Shown: in pieces, positions 57,015-64,000 of the stretch
How the letters are laid out: each line of letters begins with the position of its first letter
How positions within the stretch are numbered: position 1 is the first letter of the stretch
From: an uncultured bacterium
GTDB taxonomy: Bacteria; Krumholzibacteriota; Krumholzibacteriia; Krumholzibacteriales; Krumholzibacteriaceae
Assembly: GCA_963813815.1 (NCBI GenBank)
Contig: CAWFAD010000008.1
Coordinates: 96,001-160,000, forward strand
Direction of reading: 5' to 3'
DNA length: 64,000 nucleotides
Program-made: the position numbers and the translations under genes
Notes under the pieces: model-generated
Told to the model about the DNA's origin: nothing
The model's input: only the letters and a program-made list of their open reading frames with translations
Databases searched by the model: none

Positions 57015-59711
57015 TTATTCCGCTATGATGCGAACGATAAAGGCCGCGCCGTCGGCCGTGCCCGCGCCGCCGGCGAGGGATCCCGCGAGCACCCAGCGAA
57101 CGTTCGTCACGCTCGCGTCGAAGCCCGCCGGAGCGCCGCCGCCGCCGCTCACGGGTGTGTAGGCCCACGTGGCGCCACCGTCATCCGAGAACTCGATCGT
57201 GATGCCCGTGATGCCCGGGGCGAGCGTTCCCGTGACGGCCGAGCCGACCCGGTACTGCGTCCACGCCGGGATCGCGTCATAGATTTCGATCGCCGCGAGA
57301 TCGGCGGTGCCCACGTTCGAGTAGTCGGTCCGGTAGGTGAGCTCCGTTCCCGGAAGCTGCGAACCCGACGGATTGACGGATTTCACGAGAACGAGATTGC
57401 CGGCGACGATCGTCGTGACGTCCGTCGCCGTGTCGGTCGCGCCGGTCGCCTGGCCCGTCGCGCTGATCGTCCCCGTCTCGACCGTGCCGAGCGGCACGCC
57501 CGACGGAATCGAGAGCTGGACGATGACGTTCGTCGAAGCGCCCGGGGCGAGCGTGACGGCCGCGATCGGGTTGTTCGCGAGATCGAAGTACGCGTACGAC
57601 CAGCCGTTCGAGCTCACCGCCGCGAACAGGAACGTGTCGCCGACGTTGCCGGTGTTCGTCACGGCGTGCTGGTAGCGCACCGTTCCGCCGCTCGTGCCGG
57701 TGCCGGCGCGATCGGGGTCGATGGTGACGGAGGCCGCCTGCAGAATCGTGACGGTGTCGGCGATCTCGTCGAAGACGGAGCCGTTATTGGCCGAGGTCGC
57801 CCGGAAGGTCACGGGATTGACGCCGGGAACGGCGCCGAGCGGCACGGCGACGCGCGCTATGACGTTCACCTCGTTGCCGCCCGCGATGGGGCCCACGCCC
57901 GTGATCGGGGTGAGCTCCGGCAGGTCGAGAAGGCCGTTGGCGTTCACGTCGAAATAGTACGTGGCGACCCAGCCCGCGGGAACGGAAGCGGAGAGGTTGA
58001 AGTTGTCGGTCGAGCCGCCCGTGTTGATCACGTCGAGCGCGAAGTCGACGTTCACGCCCGGATTGGCGTTCTGGTTGACCGCGACGTTGTTCGTGCCGGG
58101 AACGCCGTCGTAGTTGCCGATGTCGACCGAGGCCGGCGCGACGAGCGCGATCCGGTCGGTCGTGATGTTCGACTCGGCGGGATCGTTCGCCGAGACGGCC
58201 TGGATGACGGCGTCATACGGACCGCCGGCGCCGGCCGTGCCCGGGATGATGATCCGCACGATGAAATCGCGCGTGTCGCCGGGGTTGAGCGTTCCCACGT
58301 CGGGAATGCCGTCCGTGCCCGTGTCGCCGAGCGGCGTGACGCCGTCGCTGCGGAAGAAGAGCACGCTCCAGCCGGCGGGGATCGTCGAAGCGCCGTCGAG
58401 GACGATGTTGATCTCGTCGGCCGCGTTGCCGTCGTTCCGCACGGTGTTCGTGAAGGAGACGGTCGAGTTGGCGTACGCGAGCGGAATCGACTGCACGTCG
58501 TCGGCGTAGTTCGGCGGCGTGCCGGCGGCCGGCTGGCCGACGGGACCGACGAGCACGTCGGCGAGAACGTTCACGTTGATCTGCGTGTTGTTCGTCGGAA
58601 CGATCGTCGGATCGGGAGAACCGGGGTTGTTGTCCGTGAACGCGACGGCGCCGCTGTTGTTGATGATGCCGGCGCGCATCGTGACCGGAACGACGAGATC
58701 GTAGCCGAAGCTGTAGTTCTGTCCGACCGGGAGCGCGCCGTTCGTGAGATACGCCACGGCGATATCCCCGGCGCCCGCGATCGCGGACCATGCCCACGTC
58801 TCGGGCGAACCCGCCATCGGGCTTCCGGCGGGCAGGTACAACACCGATCCGCCCGCGGGGGCTCCGGCGGGGGCGCCGGAGAGCGCGAGCGGAAGACCCG
58901 TCGTCGGGTCGGTCGGCAGGGCGTCGTACATGAGGACGCCCGTGAGGCCGACGGAGGGAACGGTGACGCCGTTCGCGGGCTGGGTGCCCACGTTGGCGCC
59001 CGTGATCGTGTAGGTGATGACGTTGCCCGGATCGACGTTCGCGGGCACGCCCGACATCACGGCGGTGAGCACGGCGTCGCTCACGACGTCCGTCAGATGG
59101 TAGTTCCGTGTGTCGATGCGGGTCGGATCGCCCGCGGAGGCGCCCTCAACGCCGACGTAGGCGACCTCGCCGACGAGCGAGCCGGGAGGCACCTGATAGG
59201 TGACGAGGATGCCGACCGTCGTTCCCGCGGCGATCGGTCCGAGGTTGCCCGGAACGCCGCCCGAGGAAATCGCCGGTTCGCCGCCGTCGAGAACGCCGTT
59301 GCCGTTCGCGTCATAGTAGATCGTGATGTCGCCGAGCCCGAGCGTCATCGTCGTGTTGGCGGCGTCGAGCAGCGGCTCGATCGAGTATATGTCGGCGTCG
59401 TTGCCGGTGTTCGTGAGGCTGTAGCTGTAGTAAACGGTCTGCCCCGGTATGGCGGTCTGCGTCAGAGCCGGCGTCACGGGCGGGGTCTCGCCCGAATCGT
59501 CCGGAAGGATCGACAGCCCGTACACGGGGAGCACGATCGTCGTGACCTCGTTCGAGGTCGCGGTGTACGTGTTGCCCGAGAGGTCCTGGAACCTCGCCGA
59601 GGCTTGGTTCCGGATCGTCGTGCCGGCGGGGGTCTGCGCCTGCGCCGCCGAAACGACGCAGAGCACGACCGCCAGCATGGCGACGCCGGAGAATAGACGC
59701 GCCTTGAACAT
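57015..59711 (-). CDS. Secreted multi-Ig/DUF11 repeat protein (putative major fibre subunit)
   Basis: Signal peptide ending AQA, then TPAGTTIRNQA. Repeats N.GN..D. C-terminal LVKSV..PGTELTY..YSNVG..IYDAIP. Thr/Asn/Gly-rich. AAGGAG RBS. Confidence 0.85.
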   Translation of the reverse strand: MFKARLFSGVAMLAVVLCVVSAAQAQTPAGTTIRNQASARFQDLSGNTYTATSNEVTTIVLPVYGLSILPDDSGETPPVTPALTQTAIPGQTVYYSYSLTNTGNDADIYSIEPLLDAANTTMTLGLGDITIYYDANGNGVLDGGEPAISSGGVPGNLGPIAAGTTVGILVTYQVPPGSLVGEVAYVGVEGASAGDPTRIDTRNYHLTDVVSDAVLTAVMSGVPANVDPGNVITYTITGANVGTQPANGVTVPSVGLTGVLMYDALPTDPTTGLPLALSGAPAGAPAGGSVLYLPAGSPMAGSPETWAWSAIAGAGDIAVAYLTNGALPVGQNYSFGYDLVVPVTMRAGIINNSGAVAFTDNNPGSPDPTIVPTNNTQINVNVLADVLVGPVGQPAAGTPPNYADDVQSIPLAYANSTVSFTNTVRNDGNAADEINIVLDGASTIPAGWSVLFFRSDGVTPLGDTGTDGIPDVGTLNPGDTRDFIVRIIIPGTAGAGGPYDAVIQAVSANDPAESNITTDRIALVAPASVDIGNYDGVPGTNNVAVNQNANPGVNVDFALDVINTGGSTDNFNLSASVPAGWVATYYFDVNANGLLDLPELTPITGVGPIAGGNEVNVIARVAVPLGAVPGVNPVTFRATSANNGSVFDEIADTVTILQAASVTIDPDRAGTGTSGGTVRYQHAVTNTGNVGDTFLFAAVSSNGWSYAYFDLANNPIAAVTLAPGASTNVIVQLSIPSGVPLGTVETGTISATGQATGATDTATDVTTIVAGNLVLVKSVNPSGSQLPGTELTYRTDYSNVGTADLAAIEIYDAIPAWTQYRVGSAVTGTLAPGITGITIEFSDDGGATWAYTPVSGGGGAPAGFDASVTNVRWVLAGSLAGGAGTADGAAFIVRIIAE

Positions 59712-59767
59712 TTGAAACCACACTCCTTCGTGAAGCTCCCGCGAACGGCCGCGCGCGGCCGAACGGG

Positions 59768-60259
59768 TTACTTCACCTGCACGCGATAGGAGACCGAAAC
59801 TTCCTTGCCGACCTCGAGAACGCTCGAGATGTCCCACATGATGTGCGTATACATATCGGGTGTCGCGACGCGCGGCTCCTCGATGCCCCGTTCGTTTACG
59901 ACGTTGTAGCGAACGGGAGCTTCGTGGAACGACTTGCCGCCGTCGATGCTGTAGCTGGTCTTCGCGGCGCCGCTCTCGGTCGCGGTCTTCTCCAGGTACT
60001 CGGTCCCCGCGGGGATCGGCCCCACGAGGCTCACCCCGGAGGCCGGAGCGTCGCCGACGTTGCGGTAGCGCAGCGTGTACTCGAGACGGTCGCTCGGAAA
60101 GACCTTCTCCGCGGAAACCGCGGTCTCGCGGTTTTCCGCGTCAACGACGATCTTCCGGGCTTCCATCGTGCCGGCGAGGGTCGGCCCCTTGCCGTACGCT
60201 GATGCGGAGAGCGATGCGACGATGAGGAAAATGGTCGCAACGACGAAACTCGCTCTCAT
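59768..60259 (-). CDS. Small exported single DUF11-like domain protein
   Basis: Signal peptide. PSDRLEYTLRYRNVG, PIPAGTEY, YSIDGG, THIMW, VSYRVQVK-stop. Confidence 0.8.
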   Translation of the reverse strand: MRASFVVATIFLIVASLSASAYGKGPTLAGTMEARKIVVDAENRETAVSAEKVFPSDRLEYTLRYRNVGDAPASGVSLVGPIPAGTEYLEKTATESGAAKTSYSIDGGKSFHEAPVRYNVVNERGIEEPRVATPDMYTHIMWDISSVLEVGKEVSVSYRVQVK

Positions 60260-60373
60260 TCCCTCTCCCTCCTTTTTGCGCTCCTCCCGGGGAGGAGCCG
60301 GTGAAACGAACCATAGCCGCCCCCTGCTCGATGAGCGGGACGGCGCTCGCAAATTTTCCCATCCGAGACAAAG

Positions 60374-60388
60374 GCAATCAGCATTCCA
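60374..60388 (-). promoter_or_regulatory. sigma54 (-24/-12) promoter of the DUF11 operon
   Basis: Minus strand TGGAATGCTGATTGC has GG-N10-GC spacing and matches TGGCAC-N5-TTGC closely, about 115 nt upstream of the first ATG. Confidence 0.7.
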
Positions 60389-60556
60389 AACTTCAGGAAG
60401 AGCCCGAGGTTACGAGGTCCGGAGGGGGGCGCGGGCGGGCCCTCTGGAGCCGCCGCGTCGAACGTATCTCTCTGCGGGACAATACGTTGAGTGCGAGGAA
60501 GAGGCGCGCGGACGAACGGGAAAGAATGGGGAATCGGCGGGAATCATGCGCCCATG

Positions 60557-60583
60557 AAAAAGCCCCCCCGTGCGGGAGGGCTT
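60557..60583 (-). terminator. Intrinsic terminator of the YHS lipoprotein gene
   Basis: Minus strand GCCCTCCCG-ca-CGGGGGGGC followed by TTTTT. Confidence 0.7.
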
Positions 60584-60657
60584 CTCATAGAGCGGGCAAT
60601 CTCCGCCGCCTCGGCTGCAAGAAAGATTGCCAGGGGGAAGAGCCTCGAAAGGGCCCT

Positions 60658-60972
60658 TTACTTGTCCCCGCTCTCTTTCTCGCCGATGTACTTCTGCGGA
60701 TCCGCCTTGAAGGCTTCCATGTTCTCCGCGCTCGCGAAATAGTAAATCACGCCGTCGAGCTCGAACGAGTACGGCGTGCTCATCACGTCGATCTCTTCCT
60801 TGCTCACCAGATCGTAAGACGGGCTCACCTTGCCGGCCCGCTCCGATGCGTCCGCCGCCGGGGTCGCGGTCTGCGTGGTCTCGTTCGCCGGGGCCTGCTC
60901 CGTCTTCTTCGAGCATCCGAACGAAAGCGCGATGAAAAGGGCGAGGCTCAGGACGACAATCATTCTCATCAT
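60658..60972 (-). CDS. Small lipoprotein with a YHS-like domain
   Basis: Lipobox LSFGC, low-complexity linker, DLVS...Y..DG..YYFAS..N...F.ADP.KY. GGAGG RBS. Confidence 0.75.
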   Translation of the reverse strand: MMRMIVVLSLALFIALSFGCSKKTEQAPANETTQTATPAADASERAGKVSPSYDLVSKEEIDVMSTPYSFELDGVIYYFASAENMEAFKADPQKYIGEKESGDK

Positions 60973-61186
60973 GGTTGTGTGCACCTCCCTTCGATCGATA
61001 GCAGCGATGCGGGTGTTTCGTGTTTCGAAGCACGTTGTCCGTGTCGCCTTTTTGAAGGTCGGAAAATAGCAGATTCCCCGGGAAAGTCAAGAAAACAGTG
61101 GCGGCGGCGGCGGCGGGTGGCGTAGTACTGTCAATCGAATGGGCGGCGCCGGACGGGGTCCCGCCGCCGAACCGAGAGGAGTCGAC

Positions 61187-62344
61187 GTGAAGCGAAACAA
61201 TATCCGGCGCACGTCCCCCCGAGCCCGCGGGAGGGGCGCGGGAGCGGACCCGATACGGCGCATCGCGATACTCACCGGCGGCGGCGACTGTCCGGGCCTC
61301 AACGCCGTCATACGCGGCGTCGTGCGCGCGGCGATCCTCGAGCACGGTTGGGAGGTGTACGGCATTCTCGACGGGTACGACGGGCTGCTCTCGACCGATC
61401 GGTGCCGCCGCCTCTTCCCCCACGACGTTCGCGGGCTCCAGACGCGCGGCGGCACGATCCTCGGCACCTCGAACCGCGGCAACCCACTCCACTACCCCGT
61501 GAAGAAAAACGGCGCGACGCGCTACCGGAACGTCACCGGTGAAATCGTCCGGAACATCCGCGCGATGGGCATCGACGTTCTCATCGCGGTCGGCGGCGAC
61601 GGAACGATGAAGATCACGCAGGCCCTCTCCGAGAAGGGCGTCCGCGTGGTCGGCGTGCCGAAAACGATCGACAACGATCTCGAGGCCACCGACGTCACCT
61701 TCGGGTTCAACAGCGCCGTGTCGACGGCGACGGAGGCGATCGACCGGCTCCACACGACCGCCGAGAGTCACCACCGCATTCTCGTCATCGAGCTCATGGG
61801 CCGCGACTGCGGCTGGATCGCCCTCGAAGCGGGCATCGCCGGCGGCGCCGACGTCATCCTCATCCCCGAGATTCCCTTCGAGCTCGAAGAAGTGTGCGCG
61901 CACATCGAGGCGCGCAAGCTGCGCGGCAGCCGCTTCAGCATCGTCGTGGTCGCGGAGGGAGCCTTCCCCGCCGGGGGCGAGAAGGTGTACGAGCAGGAGC
62001 CCGGCGCCGCGGGCGCGCCCGGCCGCCTCGGGGGCATGGGGCGGTGGGTGGCCGAGAGGATCTCGCTCTGCACGAGCTTCGAGACCCGCGTCGTCGTGCT
62101 CGGGCACCTGCAGCGCGGCGGCGCGCCGACGACCTTCGACCGCATCCTCGCGACGCGATTCGGGGTCGAGGCCGTGAACCTCGTCGCGTGGAAGAAGTTC
62201 GGCTACATGGTGTGCCTGCGGGGCCGGAGCATCGAATCGGCTCCCATCTCCCGCGCCATCAAGCGGATCAAGCGCGTGAGCCCGCGCGGGCAGCTCGTGC
62301 GCGCGGCCGAGGCGCTCGGGATCTCGCTCGGCCGCGCACGATAG
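61187..62344 (+). CDS. pfkA: 6-phosphofructokinase (PfkA family)
   Basis: LTGGGDCPGLN, GGTILGTS, GGDGT, PKTIDND, ELMGR, LGHLQRGG. Confidence 0.93.
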   Translation: MKRNNIRRTSPRARGRGAGADPIRRIAILTGGGDCPGLNAVIRGVVRAAILEHGWEVYGILDGYDGLLSTDRCRRLFPHDVRGLQTRGGTILGTSNRGNPLHYPVKKNGATRYRNVTGEIVRNIRAMGIDVLIAVGGDGTMKITQALSEKGVRVVGVPKTIDNDLEATDVTFGFNSAVSTATEAIDRLHTTAESHHRILVIELMGRDCGWIALEAGIAGGADVILIPEIPFELEEVCAHIEARKLRGSRFSIVVVAEGAFPAGGEKVYEQEPGAAGAPGRLGGMGRWVAERISLCTSFETRVVVLGHLQRGGAPTTFDRILATRFGVEAVNLVAWKKFGYMVCLRGRSIESAPISRAIKRIKRVSPRGQLVRAAEALGISLGRAR

Positions 62345-62368
62345 GGAACGCTCCGCGGGGCGAAGCCG

Positions 62369-62866
62369 CTAGAACACGTAGCGGATGCCGAGCCCGCCGT
62401 TGATGTCCGCCTCCGTCTCCGGCGCGAAGTCGATGATCGGGGCGATCTCGAAGAATACGCTCATGGGATACGCGTCGGTGAGATACTCGGCGCCGAGAAC
62501 GAGCCGCAGACCGATCCGCACTCCATCGTTGTCCTCGTGGTTGTCCTCGTCGAGCCTCAGGCGCCCGCCGATCCCGAAGTATATCGGAAAGCTCCCCTGA
62601 TCCACCTTGAAGAACTCGTAGTTGTGAAACAGGTAATCGCAGTGGAAATGGAACTGCCCATCCCCCTCGAACGACCACGCCGCCCCGAAGTCGACGGCGT
62701 TGTCCCGGGACGTCCAGTACTTCGCGCTGAGCCCCGTCGGCTCGCCAAGAATGACGCCGAGCTCCCAGATACCGCTCGAGGGCTCGACCGCCGCCGCGGG
62801 TCCGGCCGCGATCCCGGCGAAGCAGGCTGCGAGAACGAGTCCCAGCACGAAAGAGTTGCGTCTCAC
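62369..62866 (-). CDS. Small outer-membrane beta-barrel protein
   Basis: Signal peptide, LGVILGEPTGLSAKYW, C-terminal GIRYVF (terminal Phe). AGGAGG RBS. Confidence 0.75.
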   Translation of the reverse strand: MRRNSFVLGLVLAACFAGIAAGPAAAVEPSSGIWELGVILGEPTGLSAKYWTSRDNAVDFGAAWSFEGDGQFHFHCDYLFHNYEFFKVDQGSFPIYFGIGGRLRLDEDNHEDNDGVRIGLRLVLGAEYLTDAYPMSVFFEIAPIIDFAPETEADINGGLGIRYVF

Positions 62867-63390
62867 GACGACCTCCTTTTGAAAGAGAGAACGAACCGAT
62901 GGACCGGCGCGGCGAGCAGCACGAGCGAGGCGGCGACAAGAAGGGTGTCCTCGATGAGCTTCTTCCACGCGTAGGTCGCTCCGAAACCGCAGCCGCAATC
63001 GAAGTACACGCCGAGAAAGGGCGTTCCCGACCGCACCATGCTCGCCGAGCGAAACGCGATCACGGCGATGAAAACGGCGTTCAGGACGAGCAGCGCGAGC
63101 GCCGAGCCGCGGATCATGACTCCCGCCGCGAGGGCCGCGCCGCAGAGGATCTCGAGCCATGGAAGGACGATCGCTCCGAGATAGACCGGCGGCCCGTAAT
63201 CGATCACGCCGTACGCGTGGATCTCGTCGGCGAAAAGAAGCGGCTTGCCGACTTTCTGGGCCCCCGCGTAGATGAAGACGGCGGCGAGGACGAGACGCAG
63301 GACGAGCAGCGTCCCCGGGTGAAAAATCCACGCGCCCCGGCGCGCCGCGCCCGGGGCGGCGGAGACGCCGCGCTCCTCGCGAGCGCTCAT
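62863..63390 (-). CDS. MauE/DoxX-family membrane protein
   Basis: RLVLAAVFIYAG..K, LPWLE, DCGCG. Four TM segments. Confidence 0.85.
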   Translation of the reverse strand: MSAREERGVSAAPGAARRGAWIFHPGTLLVLRLVLAAVFIYAGAQKVGKPLLFADEIHAYGVIDYGPPVYLGAIVLPWLEILCGAALAAGVMIRGSALALLVLNAVFIAVIAFRSASMVRSGTPFLGVYFDCGCGFGATYAWKKLIEDTLLVAASLVLLAAPVHRFVLSFKRRSS

Positions 63391-63887
63391 TCGCCGACCT
63401 CCACCGGCATACCCGCCCCCAGCCATTCCGCGTACCCTCCCTTGAACAGCAGCAGATTCCGGTATCCGAGGGAGTAGAGCTCCTTGGCGAGCAGCTCCGA
63501 ATCCTCGCAGGAAAGCTCCGAGCAGTAGATCATGATGAGCTCGTCGGGAGAGAGGAGGGGAAGCACGAGGTCGCAGTAGGTCCCGAGCTGATAGTAATCG
63601 AGGAGGATGGCTCCCGGGATGTGCCCCTCGGCGTAGACCTCCTCCGTGCGCGCGTCGATCACGCGGCCTCCGCTCTCGACGAACCGGCGAGCCTCGTCGA
63701 GATCCACGATTCGGATCGCCTGCGCGTGAAGCGAATCCACGACCGAGCCGTTGACCACCGGGACCCTCGCCGGCCGTTTCAGCGGGTCGATCCCGTCGCG
63801 ATTCATCGCGTTGTGCGCGAGGCCGGCGACGAGGGCGGCGCCCGCGAGAACGAGCGCCTGCGACACGGGATGTTTCGGCAGCTTCAT
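63387..63887 (-). CDS. Membrane-anchored rhodanese-domain protein
   Basis: IDAR...Y.EGHIPGA, YCSELSC..S, GGYAEW...G.P. Confidence 0.88.
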   Translation of the reverse strand: MKLPKHPVSQALVLAGAALVAGLAHNAMNRDGIDPLKRPARVPVVNGSVVDSLHAQAIRIVDLDEARRFVESGGRVIDARTEEVYAEGHIPGAILLDYYQLGTYCDLVLPLLSPDELIMIYCSELSCEDSELLAKELYSLGYRNLLLFKGGYAEWLGAGMPVEVGE

Positions 63888-63896
63888 ATCGGGCCC

Positions 63897-63959
63897 ACTA
63901 TACCGGCGAAACGCCGGAAATGCAAGACGGTTGACCCTTCACGCGCGCGCGTCTACAAT
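63897..63959. promoter_or_regulatory. Back-to-back divergent sigma70 promoters
   Basis: Minus strand: TTGCAT-N17-TATAGT. Plus strand: TTGACC-N17-TACAAT. Confidence 0.7.
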
Positions 63960-63968
63960 TCGTACGCC

Positions 63969-64000
63969 ATGGCGAAGAAAAAGTTCGACGCGAAAACGGC
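63969..64000 (+). CDS. Start of an unidentified CDS (MAKKKFDAKT...), truncated by the window edge
   Basis: ATG 9 nt after a consensus -10 element, open to the window end. Confidence 0.45.
   Translation, partial: MAKKKFDAKT

Noticed and set aside
60260..60560. c-di-GMP riboswitch upstream of the DUF11 operon
   Set aside because: I could not find the GGCAAAC...GAAA...GACGCAAAGC consensus on the coding strand.
1..64000. Prophage, IS, integron, CRISPR-Cas or defence genes
   Set aside because: I saw no integrase, transposase, cas, reverse transcriptase or phage structural motifs in any ORF, and composition looks uniform apart from short promoter regions.

Overview
This is a 64-kb window of high-GC bacterial chromosome with about 40 dense genes, one tRNA-Leu(CAG), and no recognisable mobile element or CRISPR array. 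Three secreted proteins end in a 'QNxPNPFN...GxY[FY]...T[RK]KxV' sorting-type tail. Together with a TonB receptor/DUF4876 locus, this suggests an FCB-superphylum organism of the Krumholzibacteriota/Latescibacterota type (inference). The window is rich in exported peptidases (two M16, S41 tricorn, S49 SppA, M19, M28, C1A). It also carries a CoA-activase/dehydratase pair whose second gene is frameshifted, a LytS/LytTR pair, a GHMP kinase plus nucleotidyltransferase, a B12 radical SAM enzyme, a transketolase-like enzyme and Pfk. The strongest novel candidate is a four-gene DUF11 operon (47088-60259) behind a predicted sigma54 promoter. Its proteins carry complementary halves of a split Ig-like domain, arranged as acceptor-only tip, donor+acceptor shaft, donor-only OmpA/beta-barrel anchor, and an acceptor-only small protein lacking the Asp. 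That arrangement is consistent with a donor-strand, possibly isopeptide-cross-linked, surface fibre. All product calls come from motif recognition in the translations, with no database searches. Start codons were chosen by eye from ribosome-binding sites and start/stop overlaps.
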